Below are positions 18,030-27,386 of a stretch of DNA of 64,000 nt, piece after piece. The stretch comes from a bacterium (GTDB lineage: Bacteria; UBA8248): positions 3,264,001 to 3,328,000 of the forward strand of contig CBDBZU010000004.1 of the NCBI GenBank assembly GCA_965213625.1. The letters are read 5' to 3'. The notes beneath the pieces are model-generated. The model did not search any database. It saw only the letters and a program-made list of their open reading frames with translations, and was not told where the DNA came from. The position numbers and the translations under genes are program-made. The number at the start of each line of letters is the position of its first letter. The first letter of the stretch is position 1.

Positions 18030-19664
18030 TCAGATGCCGCGCGGACGCTCGGCGGGTTCTTTTGCCTTGCGCCCCTTGCCCACGGGTTTACGCATATCTT
18101 CACTGAGCTTGAACTTGTTCACCGCGTTCACGAAGGCCTTGGCGCCCGCCTCGACGGTGTCGGGGCTCGTGGCGTGGCCCGCTATCTGCAACCCTTCGTC
18201 GAACTCCACCATCATGTTCACCTCGGCGAGCGCGTCGCGCCCCCGCGTGACGGCGTTCACCGAAAAATCCGCCAGGCGGCATTCGATGCCCACGACCCGG
18301 CAGATGGCGTTGATGGCCGCGTCCACGGGGCCGTTGCCCTGGCTTACGTCTGAGAACTCCTCCTCACCCTGCCGGATGCGCACCGTGGCCGTGGAGGCCG
18401 GCTGCGTGCCTGTGGAGGACGTGACCTGGAGGAACTCGAGGTTGTAGTAGTTCTCCCCGCCCTCGGCGCGGTTTTGCTGCAACAGCGCAATCAGGTCCTC
18501 GTCGTAGACCTCTTTTTTCTTGTCCGCGAGATCGATGAAGCGCGGGTAGATGGCCGTAATGTCCTCGCGCGACATCTTGAAGCCGAGCTGATCGTAGCGC
18601 TTTCGCAAGCCCGCGCGGCCCGAGTGCTTGCCGAGCACGAGCGTGTTCGAGGGCCTGCCCACCGACTTGGGCGTCATGATCTCATAGGTGATGGCCTTCG
18701 ATATCACCCCGTGCTGGTGGATGCCCGCTTCGTGCGCGAAGGCGTTCTTGCCCACCACCGCCTTGTTCGGCTGTACGGGCACGCCCGTCATGGAGGTCAG
18801 GAGCCTGCTCGTGGGGTAGATCTCGCGTGTCTTGATCCCCGATTTGTAGTTCAGCTCATCGCTGCGAGTGGAGATGGCCATCACGAACTCCTCGAGCGAG
18901 GCGTTGCCCGCCCGCTCACCGATGCCGTTGATGGTGCATTCCACCTGGCGCACGCCGGATTCGATGGCCACGATGCTGTTCGCCACCGCGAGGCCCAGGT
19001 CGTCGTGGCAGTGCGCGCTGAATACCACGTTGTCGTAACTGGGCACCTTTTCGAAAATGTGCTCCCAGAAGCGCTTGAACTCGCTCGGGATGATGTAGCC
19101 CACCGTGTCGGGGAGGTTGATGGTGGTCGCCCCCTCCTCGATAGCGATTTTCACCGTCTCGGCCAGGAAATCCCAGTCCGATCGCGTCGCGTCCTCAGCG
19201 CTCCACTCCACGTCCTTGCAAAGGCTTCGCGCATGGCGCACCGAGGCGGCAATCTCCTTCAGGAGCGCTGCGCGCGTCATCTTGAGCTTGTGCTTCAGGT
19301 GAATGTCCGACGTCGCGATGAAGGTGTGGATTCTGGGTTTCTTCGCGTGGCGCACCGCCTCCCAGCAGCGGTCGATGTCCTCACGCGCGGAGCGCGAAAG
19401 ACCGGCGACGACCGTCTTGGTCACCGCCTTGGCCACGTCGCGCACCGATTCGAACTCATCGTTCGACGCTATGGGAAACCCGGCTTCGATGATATCCACG
19501 CCCAGTTTTTCGAGCTGTAGCGCCATCTGCACTTTCTGGAAATGATCCATACTGCAGCCGGGCGACTGCTCCCCGTCCCTGAGCGTGGTGTCGAAAATAC
19601 GGATTCTGTTCGAGGCTCTGCCTCTGGATGGTTTCTTTCGTATTGCCGTGGCTTGTTTCGCCAT
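18030..19664 (-). CDS. leuA: 2-isopropylmalate synthase
   Basis: DTTLRDGEQSPG, IEAGFP, PDTVG, HCHDDLG, GIGERAGN, HEAGIHQ, regulatory GNGPVDA. Confidence 0.96.
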   Translation of the reverse strand: MAKQATAIRKKPSRGRASNRIRIFDTTLRDGEQSPGCSMDHFQKVQMALQLEKLGVDIIEAGFPIASNDEFESVRDVAKAVTKTVVAGLSRSAREDIDRCWEAVRHAKKPRIHTFIATSDIHLKHKLKMTRAALLKEIAASVRHARSLCKDVEWSAEDATRSDWDFLAETVKIAIEEGATTINLPDTVGYIIPSEFKRFWEHIFEKVPSYDNVVFSAHCHDDLGLAVANSIVAIESGVRQVECTINGIGERAGNASLEEFVMAISTRSDELNYKSGIKTREIYPTSRLLTSMTGVPVQPNKAVVGKNAFAHEAGIHQHGVISKAITYEIMTPKSVGRPSNTLVLGKHSGRAGLRKRYDQLGFKMSREDITAIYPRFIDLADKKKEVYDEDLIALLQQNRAEGGENYYNLEFLQVTSSTGTQPASTATVRIRQGEEEFSDVSQGNGPVDAAINAICRVVGIECRLADFSVNAVTRGRDALAEVNMMVEFDEGLQIAGHATSPDTVEAGAKAFVNAVNKFKLSEDMRKPVGKGRKAKEPAERPRGI

Positions 19665-20116
19665 GGGTTTCAGGCTCCTTAGGAATTTGTTCGTGAAGGT
19701 GCGCCTTGAGCGGAACGCCGGGTATTAGAGAGTGGATGGGCGCTTGCGCGCAAGACTGGTGAACGCGCTGGTTTCCTAAGAAGCCAGTGGATCGCGGGGC
19801 GTCTTGAACACGCCCCAGGAACTCCTGAGATCCTGATGCCTCATCGAATCAATACTCCATTTCGCTCAATCAAAGGCGAGGCGCATGGTTAAACGGGCGG
19901 AATCCACGCAGGTCCTCGCAAATACAATACGATCTTATGGGTCAAGCGCGAGCCGAGGTCAAGTCCCATGTTTCGTTTTTTTCGATTTCCGGGGTCAACG
20001 CCCCGAACGCCAAGACTGAATTACACTTGAAACCGCCTCCTATTGGGGCTGTTGAAAAAGCCCCGGTGAGCGATTTTGGTTGCTTGCGCGCTTTTGAAGT
20101 TCACTCCCCCCTTGAG

Positions 20117-21636
20117 GGGGCTGTTGAAAAACCCCCGGCATTGTGATTGGGTGTAATGACACTATCTCGCCCGAGATGGGAGTTCCCGAGATGATAGGCA
20201 GCAAGGGGCGCGAGCAGATGGATTTGTTCGTGGCCGGTTCGCTGGAACGGTTGATCCCCGAGGATCACGTCCTGATGCGCGTGGACCGCGTACTGGATTT
20301 GAGTTGGCTTCGCGCGGAGGTGGCGGATTGCTATTGCGCGGATAACGGTCGACCGGGGATCGACCCGGAGGTGGCGTTGCGCCTGATGCTGGCGGGTATG
20401 TTGCTGGGCTACGTACACGACCGGCGTCTGCTTCGCGAGGCGCGTGCGCACCTGGCGATCCGGTGGTTCATCGGGTACGGGCTGCACGAGGATTTGCCGC
20501 ATCATTCGAGCCTGACGCGGATTCGTCAGCGGTGGGGGGAGGCTCGGTTCAAGGAGATATTCCGTCGCACGGTGCAGGCTTGCCTGGAGGCGAATGTGGC
20601 GAAGGGGGAAGTGGTGCACGTGGACGCCTCGTTGATACGCGCGGACGTGAGCTGGGAGAGTCTGGCGGCGCACCACGCGGAGAAGGTGATTCGGGAGAAT
20701 CCCGTCGATGATGAGGGGGAGAAGAAGGGAGGAGGCCGCGGTGGCGGGGGTCGGGTGAGCCGGACGGACCCGGACGCGCGGCTTGCGCGCAAGAGCGCGC
20801 GGGCGGGGTTCGAGCCGAGCTACAAGCAGCACGCGGCGGTGGACGATGAGCGGGGTGTTGTTCTCGACGTGTCGGTGACGGAGGGGACGCGGAACGAGCG
20901 TGAGATGATGGCGTCCCATATAGAGGCGGTAAGCGAGTTGTCGGGCCGCGCGCCGGAGATGGTGACGGCGGATTCGGGGTACGCGTACTCGAAGGTTTAT
21001 GGCGAATTGGAGCGGCGGGGCGTGGAAGCGCTGATACCAGCGAAGAAGGAACCCAGCCAGAGCCGTGTTCCGCTGCAGTTGTTCCACTACGACGCGCGCA
21101 ACGAGGTGGTGAAGTGTCCGGGAGGCAAGACGCTGCGCCCCCGGCAGGCGACGGAGCGGGGGCGCTCCTATGTATCGAAGACGCGGGATTGCGCGGGCTG
21201 CGCGCTCCGTGCGGATTGTCTGTCGAAGTCGCGCACGAGCAGGACGGTGTTGATTCCGCACGCGTATCCGGCGCTGTTGCGCGCGCGTCGGCGGCATGCG
21301 CGCTGGGGGGAGGAGGAGAAGCGTCTCTATGGCCGCCACCGTTGGCGCTCGGAGGGCTACCACGGCGAGGCGAAGAGCCGGCACGGACTGGGGCGGGCGG
21401 TGCGCCGGGGCCTTGCGAACATGAGGATCCAGTCCTACCTGACGGCGATAGCGGTGAACCTCAAGCGGCTGGCCGCCGCTTTTGCGGCGCGTATATTCGC
21501 CCTCTGGACGGCCTGTGCCGCCCGGAGACGCCGTCTAAGCGCACATGGCGCCCTCACGCGCCGATTGGGCTGCCTCCCCGCCGCCGCGTGAGCCGCCAAA
21601 ACGCCCGCTTCCAACACCGGGTTTTTCAACAGACCC
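20117..21636 (+). mobile_element. IS1182-family insertion sequence
   Basis: 18-bp terminal IRs GGGGCTGTTGAAAAACCC / GGGTTTTTCAACAGACCC (17/18 match); flanking TTGAG duplication at 20112-20116 and 21637-21641. Confidence 0.9.
20191..21591 (+). CDS. IS1182-family DDE transposase
   Basis: LIPEDH.L, GRPGIDP, PHHSSL, VDAS, TDPDA, ADSGY, R.RSEG..GEAK..HGL.RA..RGL. Confidence 0.93.
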   Translation: MIGSKGREQMDLFVAGSLERLIPEDHVLMRVDRVLDLSWLRAEVADCYCADNGRPGIDPEVALRLMLAGMLLGYVHDRRLLREARAHLAIRWFIGYGLHEDLPHHSSLTRIRQRWGEARFKEIFRRTVQACLEANVAKGEVVHVDASLIRADVSWESLAAHHAEKVIRENPVDDEGEKKGGGRGGGGRVSRTDPDARLARKSARAGFEPSYKQHAAVDDERGVVLDVSVTEGTRNEREMMASHIEAVSELSGRAPEMVTADSGYAYSKVYGELERRGVEALIPAKKEPSQSRVPLQLFHYDARNEVVKCPGGKTLRPRQATERGRSYVSKTRDCAGCALRADCLSKSRTSRTVLIPHAYPALLRARRRHARWGEEEKRLYGRHRWRSEGYHGEAKSRHGLGRAVRRGLANMRIQSYLTAIAVNLKRLAAAFAARIFALWTACAARRRRLSAHGALTRRLGCLPAAA

Positions 21637-21713
21637 TTGAGGGGGAGTGGTTGTTGGCAATCTGCAAAGGGGAGAATGGTTTGGCGCAACCCGCAAGGAC
21701 TTTTTAAAAACCC

Positions 21714-22475
21714 CTACTGCGCGTACTGCCCGCCGTCCACCACGAGGGTCGAGCCCGTCATGAAACTCGAAGCGTCGCTCGCCAGAAAGAGAATCGCACC
21801 CTTGAGCTCCTCAGGCTTGCCGACCCTTCCCATCGGGATGTGGGCCTTGATCATCCGCTCGCCCGCATCGGACGCGAAGAACTTGCTGTTGATGTCGGTC
21901 AGGAAATATCCCGGCGCAAGGGCATTCACGCGCACGCCCGTTTTCGCCCATTCGAGCGCAAGCGTCTTGGTGAGCTGGATCAGGCCGCCCTTGCTCGCCG
22001 TGTAGGCGGAGAGCATCTTCACGCCGATGAAGCCCGCGACCGAGGCCACGTTCACTATCGCGCCGCCGCCGCGTTCGATCATGCCCGGCGCCACGGCCTG
22101 GCACATCAGGAATGCGCCCCGCAGGTTCGTCTCCAGCACCTGGTTCCAGCGCTCAATCGGCAGATCGGTGGCCCAGCCCTCACCGCTCACGCCGCTGTTG
22201 TTCACCAGAACGTCGATGGACCCCAGCGCGTCTTCCGCCTCTCGCGCCGCCTCTTGGACCGAGTCGGGATCCGTCAGGTCGCAGCCAGTGACATGGGCTG
22301 TGCGGCCGAGTGCGCGAATCTCCGCCGCCGCCTCCTCGAGCTTCTCTTTTCGCCTCGCCGCCAAGGCGACGTCGGCGCCTGCTTCGGCCAGCGCATGGGC
22401 CATCGCGCGTCCGAGGCCCGTGCCACCTCCTGTGACCAAAGCCCTCTTTCCGCTTAAATCAAATAGTTGTGGCAA
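21714..22475 (-). CDS. SDR family oxidoreductase
   Basis: TGGGTGLG, NNSG, YTASK, NALAPG, VDGG. Confidence 0.92.
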   Translation of the reverse strand: MPQLFDLSGKRALVTGGGTGLGRAMAHALAEAGADVALAARRKEKLEEAAAEIRALGRTAHVTGCDLTDPDSVQEAAREAEDALGSIDVLVNNSGVSGEGWATDLPIERWNQVLETNLRGAFLMCQAVAPGMIERGGGAIVNVASVAGFIGVKMLSAYTASKGGLIQLTKTLALEWAKTGVRVNALAPGYFLTDINSKFFASDAGERMIKAHIPMGRVGKPEELKGAILFLASDASSFMTGSTLVVDGGQYAQ

Positions 22476-22510
22476 CTCTCTTTCCCCTGTGTGTAAAGTT
22501 TTTATAATAT

Positions 22511-22544
22511 TTGCTCACAGAATTCGTGAATAAGTTGTGGATAA
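22511..22544. promoter_or_regulatory. DnaA-box triad (DARS-core-like arrangement)
   Basis: Perfect TGTGGATAA (22536-22544), CGTGAATAA (22525-22533) and oppositely oriented TTGCTCACA (22511-22519) in an AT-rich intergenic region. Confidence 0.55.
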
Positions 22545-22753
22545 GTATGTTAAATGGGCCTCTAAATCCCCTATTTTCCGTCACTTAATACATATTGACA
22601 CTTTTTTGAGCAAACCTTTTAATTCAAGCAATATCAGTAACATACATTAAATTTTCGCCCCTTCGGCCCTTGTGTTTTCATTTTAAGCATTGTTTTTGCA
22701 CAAGTTTTACCGACGAAATTCCGTTTCGCCTCCCATCGCGCTGCAAAAAATTT

Positions 22754-23347
22754 CTATTTTCTTTCGCCAGCATCGTCCGGTAACCCCGCCGAATTCGCCT
22801 CAAAGAAGAGCAAGCACGTATCGCCGTATCGCCTCTCGCGCACGAGCCTCACCCCGCAGACCTCGCTTTCCCGCTGCGCGTTCCGGGGCGCTTCCATCAC
22901 GAGGCTTGCGCATATCGGCTCGGGTGCAAATACGGCCTCTAAAACCTCTCGCCGCAGCGTGTCTTCGCGCCAGGGCGGGTCGGCGAAGGCCAAGTCGGAC
23001 CTGTGCGGAGATTCCGCCCGGATTCGTTCGATCTCAGCGTTCACGTCCGCGCTACGCACTTCCAATCCTTCCGCCAGGCCAAGAACTTCTGCATTTCGCC
23101 GCATCGCCTCGCAAAGACGACGGTTTTTCTCCACTGCTACAACACTGGTCGCGCCCCGGCTGAGCGCTTCGAGCGAAATCGCGCCCGAACCCGCGCACAA
23201 ATCGAGCACGCGCGCGCCTTCCACCGCGCCTCCCCAGATGTTGAACAGCGCCTCACGCACCCGCTCGCCCGTGGGCCTTACGCCCTCTTCTTCGGGCGAG
23301 GGAATCCTCCGGCTCCTTGCCGCGCCGCCGATAATCCGGAGCGACAT
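22754..23347 (-). CDS. rsmD: 16S rRNA m2G966 methyltransferase
   Basis: LRIIGG, RPT.ERVREALFN, LDLCAGSG, EALSRGA, DPPW, RRYGDT. Confidence 0.93.
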   Translation of the reverse strand: MSLRIIGGAARSRRIPSPEEEGVRPTGERVREALFNIWGGAVEGARVLDLCAGSGAISLEALSRGATSVVAVEKNRRLCEAMRRNAEVLGLAEGLEVRSADVNAEIERIRAESPHRSDLAFADPPWREDTLRREVLEAVFAPEPICASLVMEAPRNAQRESEVCGVRLVRERRYGDTCLLFFEANSAGLPDDAGERK

Positions 23348-23356
23348 CGAATGTCC

Positions 23357-24265
23357 TCAGAGACGCTCGAAGTGGGCCAGTTCGCTGAACGCCCGGAAAC
23401 GCGCATCTATTTCTTCTGTCGATAGCGCGCGCATCCGGTCGTAGCTGAACGATTCCACGTTGAACGACGCCATGACGCTGCCGTATACGACCGCCCTGCG
23501 CATCCCCGCCTCGCTCAGGTCGCCCGTGGCGGCGAGATGACCCATGAAGCCGCCCGCGAAGCTGTCGCCTGCCCCAGTGGGGTCACAGACGTCTTCAATC
23601 GGAAGTCCTGGGGCGGAGAACACGCCGTCCTCGTGAAAAAGGAGAGCGCCGTACTCGCCCTGTTTCACCACCAGGGTCTTCGGGCCAATCTCGTGGATTC
23701 GGCGCGCGGCGCGCGCGATGTTCGCCTCCCCCGAGAGGGCGCGCGCCTCCGCGTCGTTGATGACCACCAGATCGACCATCGAGAGCGTTTTGAGCAATTC
23801 CTCGCGCTTGCCCTCGATCCAGAAGTTCATGGTGTCGCACGCCACGAGCTTGGGCGAGCTCGCCTGGCCCAGCACAGCGGCCTGAAGCACCGGGTCGATA
23901 TTCGCCAGAAACACGAACTCGGTGTCATTGAAATTATCCGGCAGCTTCGGCGAAAAACGCTCGAAGACGTTTAACTGCGTGTCGAGTGTGTGGGCGGTGT
24001 TCAAGTCGAACCCGTACTCCCCCTTCCAGCGGAAGGTCTCCCCCTCGCTTCGCTCAATGCCCGATATATCGATTTTCCGCTCTTCCAGGAACGCGAGCGT
24101 ATCTTCCGGGAAATCCGCCCCCACCACGGCCACGAGCCGCACGTCCGTGAAATAGCTCGCCGCCACCGAAAAATAAGTGGCCGATCCCCCCACCGCCTCC
24201 TCACGCTCGCCGAAGGGCGTCTTCACTGAATCAATCGCCATGGAACCGACCACCAGAAGACTCAT
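23357..24265 (-). CDS. PfkB family carbohydrate kinase
   Basis: GGSATY and DPTGAGDSFAGG signatures. Confidence 0.93.
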   Translation of the reverse strand: MSLLVVGSMAIDSVKTPFGEREEAVGGSATYFSVAASYFTDVRLVAVVGADFPEDTLAFLEERKIDISGIERSEGETFRWKGEYGFDLNTAHTLDTQLNVFERFSPKLPDNFNDTEFVFLANIDPVLQAAVLGQASSPKLVACDTMNFWIEGKREELLKTLSMVDLVVINDAEARALSGEANIARAARRIHEIGPKTLVVKQGEYGALLFHEDGVFSAPGLPIEDVCDPTGAGDSFAGGFMGHLAATGDLSEAGMRRAVVYGSVMASFNVESFSYDRMRALSTEEIDARFRAFSELAHFERL

Positions 24266-24304
24266 CTTTCCCTCACCTCTAAATTTGTATCCGATCAAGC
24301 AAAG

Positions 24305-24355
24305 TTGACAAAAACAATAGAAATACATGTATATGTAGAAATATATACATGTCAA
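24305..24355. promoter_or_regulatory. Divergent promoter region with inverted-repeat operator
   Basis: TTGACA at 24305 (+) and 24350-24355 (-); ACATGTATAT-8bp-ATATACATGT at 24325-24352. Confidence 0.55.
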
Positions 24356-24391
24356 AGCTGCCTACATCATTAGAATCCATACGATAAAGAT

Positions 24392-24733
24392 ATGTTGAAT
24401 GAAGCATTTAATCCTTACGGGGCTTTAGAAGAACTCCAGGAGACAAATGAATTCCAAGCATGGATTGGAGAATTGCAAAGAACTGATAGGAATCTCTATC
24501 GGAAAATCGAATCGGAAAAATTGAAATTGATGGTAGGTCTTGGGAATAGAAAATTCGAGAGAGAAGGCGTCTATGCCTATCGATATCGTGGACAGCCATC
24601 CGCATTTCGATTATATTATGGCGTTGTGGATAGTCGGGCTTGGTTATTGTGGGGCGACACGAAACCTTCACAACGCCAACAATCCAGGGAAATCGACAAA
24701 GCGGTTGAACTATTGGAAAGATTAAGGACATGA
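24392..24733 (+). CDS. RelE/ParE-superfamily toxin (addiction-module killer type)
   Basis: T.EF.AW..L, GLGN.K...GV, RLYY, LL.G.K..Q.REI.KA pattern; AT-rich; ATGA overlap with the next gene. Confidence 0.75.
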   Translation: MLNEAFNPYGALEELQETNEFQAWIGELQRTDRNLYRKIESEKLKLMVGLGNRKFEREGVYAYRYRGQPSAFRLYYGVVDSRAWLLWGDTKPSQRQQSREIDKAVELLERLRT

Positions 24734-24930
24734 AAATTACAAAATCCTTGAGAGACACTACAATCAAAAGACTTTCAGAAGAAGAGGACAGGTTGGCGCT
24801 TTTGGAAATGGCCAAAGAAGAGAACGATCCAAAACATTACGAAGCCGCCGTCAAAGTTGTAGACGCCGCTCGCAAATATCATAAGCATCAAGAACAAGAG
24901 AAAACCTGCAAATCTACTTCAGTCGCATAA
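24730..24930 (+). CDS. Putative antitoxin (addiction-module antidote N-terminal-like, no HTH)
   Basis: L..EED..A.L..A.EE.DP.....A...V..AR pattern; translationally coupled to the toxin. Confidence 0.6.
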   Translation: MKITKSLRDTTIKRLSEEEDRLALLEMAKEENDPKHYEAAVKVVDAARKYHKHQEQEKTCKSTSVA

Positions 24931-25219
24931 ATCAACCCTGAAACATCATCTTGTCAACTGCGCTCAATTCACTGACGAGATTTTCTTACCGGCAGTCGTA
25001 GGTCGTCTCCTAAATCCACAACGCCTCCCTTGCATAGGAAATCCTTGGCTAAGGCGCGTCCATACCCATATCGTTCTCCAGGACGCCAACTCTAACGACA
25101 AAGCACGCACGTTTCAAAGGCTGTATCCATTTCCCGGCGAAATATGGTTTAATATCTCAAAACCCTGACAGTAAGCGGTCACACTCTTTTTTGCCGCTTC
25201 ATGGGTGAAGGAGAGCCGC

Positions 25220-26317
25220 ATGGACGCGAAACACCCCCTCGCCACGCGCGAGGAGTTGGCCAACCTCGATTTTTATTCCGATCTCGCCGATCGCTACCTC
25301 GCCGTAGACGGTCTGGAGGCGCGCTGGGTAAGTTTCACCAAAAAAGAGGTTCTCCCAGACAAGAATACCGCCGAGCGGATGCACTATCTCGTCTCCCTCG
25401 CGCGCGCAGTCGAGGAAACGCTCGATTCCGCCTTCCGCTCAGGGCACATCCCCGGCACCGCCTTTTTCGGCAGGGGAAACGAGGGGGCGAGCGTCGCCAG
25501 CGCGATGTGTCTCGAAGATCACGAATGGCTCGTACCCATGCACCGAAACTGCGGTGCGCACCTCGCTAAGGGGCATCCACCCAGGAGCATCATGTCGCAC
25601 TTTTTCGGTCGCGCCGACGGCCCCTCGGGCGGGCGCGACGGGAACTTCCACATGGGCTATAGGCCCAAGCGCATCACCCAGCTCATCAGCCACATCGGCA
25701 CCATGGTCCCCATCGCGACGGGCGTGGCGTGGGCGGCCAAGGCGCGCGGCAAGGGCGAGGCTACCATCAACTATATCGGAGACGGCGGCACGAGCGCGGG
25801 TGATTTCCACGAAGCGGTGAACTTCGCCGCCGTGAGAAAACTCCCGCTCGTCATCATCATCGACAACAACCAGTACGCCTACAAGACGCTCCTGAGCGAT
25901 CAGTACGCCTGCGACGCGCTGGTGCTAAAGGCGCCCGGCTACGGAATTCCCGGCTATCTCATCGACGGCACGAACGCGCCTCTGGTGCACCACGTCTGCA
26001 GCGAGGCCCTCGCGCGCGCGAGAGCGGGCGACGGCCCCACCTTGATCGAGAGCATCACCATGCGCGCCGCGGGCCATTCGGTGTATGACAAATTCTCCGA
26101 CTACGTGGACATGGAGCATTTCGAGAAATGGACCAACGAGCGCGACCCCATCAAGCGCCTCGATGAGACGCTCGTCGAGTTCGGCCTCATGACGGCCGAA
26201 GATGTCGCCACCTCCCATAAGCGAGCGAGAAAAGACGCGGAAGACGCGCGCGATGAGGCGCTTAAGAGTCCGATGCCGGATCCAACGCACCTGACCGAAG
26301 GAGTGTTCGCCGAATGA
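25220..26317 (+). CDS. TPP-dependent 2-oxoacid dehydrogenase E1 alpha
   Basis: GRGNE, GRDGNFH, GDG..NN TPP motif, RAAGHS. Confidence 0.92.
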   Translation: MDAKHPLATREELANLDFYSDLADRYLAVDGLEARWVSFTKKEVLPDKNTAERMHYLVSLARAVEETLDSAFRSGHIPGTAFFGRGNEGASVASAMCLEDHEWLVPMHRNCGAHLAKGHPPRSIMSHFFGRADGPSGGRDGNFHMGYRPKRITQLISHIGTMVPIATGVAWAAKARGKGEATINYIGDGGTSAGDFHEAVNFAAVRKLPLVIIIDNNQYAYKTLLSDQYACDALVLKAPGYGIPGYLIDGTNAPLVHHVCSEALARARAGDGPTLIESITMRAAGHSVYDKFSDYVDMEHFEKWTNERDPIKRLDETLVEFGLMTAEDVATSHKRARKDAEDARDEALKSPMPDPTHLTEGVFAE

Positions 26318-27306
26318 TCACCTACCGGGAAGCGCTGAGCGAAGCCATGTGGGAGGAGATGGAGCGCGATGAGGAGGTCTTTCTCCTGGGCGAGGACATC
26401 GGCCTGGGCGGCGGGGCCTTCAACATCACCAAAGGGTTCATGGAAAAATTCGGGCGCGACCGCGTGGTGGACGTCCCCCTGAGCGAGGCGGGCTTCACGG
26501 GTACGGCCATAGGTGCGGCCTTGTGCGGCATGCGGCCCGTAGTGGAGTTCCAGTTCGCCGATTTCGTCACCGAATCCTACAAGATGATCGTGGACTACGC
26601 GGCCGGGAATCATTACCGGCAGATGGGGCCGGTGCCCATCGTCCTTCGCCTGCCCGCCGCCGCACTCGTGAGCGCGGGCCCGTTCCACAGCCAGAACCCC
26701 GAGATCTGGTTTTTCGGGACGCCGGGCCTCAAGATCGTCGCGCCCACAACCGCTTATGACGCCAAGGGAATGCTCAAGGGAGCGATAAGAGACCCCAACC
26801 CCGTCATCTTCATGGAATACAAAAAATTCTATAACTATCCGGTGGATGAATTGCCCGAGGTTTTGAGGCCCGAAATTCCCGAGGACGACTTCACCGTACC
26901 CTTCGGCGAAGCGAAAACCCTGCGCGAGGGGGACGACATATCGCTTATCACCTTCGGCACCACGGTGCTCGAAGCCCTGGAAGCGGCGGAAGTGCTCGAA
27001 AATGATGGCGTGTCGGTGGAGGTCATCGATCTCAGAACCCTGGTTCCGCTCGATAAAGAAGCGATCCTGGATAGTGTCAAGAAAACGGGAAAAATCCTCT
27101 TCTTGCACGAGGCGAGAAAACGAGGTGGCGTGGGCGGCGAGCTGGCCGCCATCGTAAGCGAGGAGGTCTTTGAATATCTGGACGCCCCCGTCCGCCGCAT
27201 CGGCGCGCCCGAAGCCCACGTACCGCTCAGCCCCCCGCTCGAGCGAGCCTACCTGCCCAGCACGGAAAAAGTCGTGAACGAACTGCGCGATCTCGCCGCG
27301 TTTTAG
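26314..27306 (+). CDS. 2-oxoacid dehydrogenase E1 beta
   Basis: LGEDIG, PLSEAG, EFQFADF, FHSQ, IDLRTL.PLD. Confidence 0.93.
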   Translation: MITYREALSEAMWEEMERDEEVFLLGEDIGLGGGAFNITKGFMEKFGRDRVVDVPLSEAGFTGTAIGAALCGMRPVVEFQFADFVTESYKMIVDYAAGNHYRQMGPVPIVLRLPAAALVSAGPFHSQNPEIWFFGTPGLKIVAPTTAYDAKGMLKGAIRDPNPVIFMEYKKFYNYPVDELPEVLRPEIPEDDFTVPFGEAKTLREGDDISLITFGTTVLEALEAAEVLENDGVSVEVIDLRTLVPLDKEAILDSVKKTGKILFLHEARKRGGVGGELAAIVSEEVFEYLDAPVRRIGAPEAHVPLSPPLERAYLPSTEKVVNELRDLAAF

Positions 27307-27386
27307 CCCCGCTTCATCTGGCGCAATCCTAAGTTTTCGAGTAAAACAAATTTTCGATTTTCTTCATCACGCTTGAGGGAGCCCCC

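Larger units (their letters stand above)
20045..21714. mobile_element. MITE-like element (~145 bp) with IS1182-type ends, interrupted by the IS
   Basis: Left end GGGGCTGTTGAAAAAGCC at 20045; right end GGACTTTTTAAAAACCCC at 21697-21714; central CACTCCCCC..GGGGGAGTG hairpin split by the IS. Confidence 0.6.

Noticed and set aside
16176-18353. 725-aa plus-strand ORF and similar long antisense ORFs (7792-9183, 14973-16145, 18474-19520, 30872-31963)
   Set aside because: Shadow frames of high-GC genes with clear family motifs on the opposite strand; Arg/Gly/His-rich with no recognisable motifs.
19670-19930. Leucine attenuator or leader peptide upstream of leuA
   Set aside because: The short upstream ORFs (MRHQDLRSSWGVFKTPRDPLAS, MRLAFD) have no Leu run, and no clear terminator/antiterminator pair or T-box is visible.
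22476-22753. oriC
   Set aside because: Only one perfect DnaA box and no dnaA, dnaN, gidA or parAB nearby.
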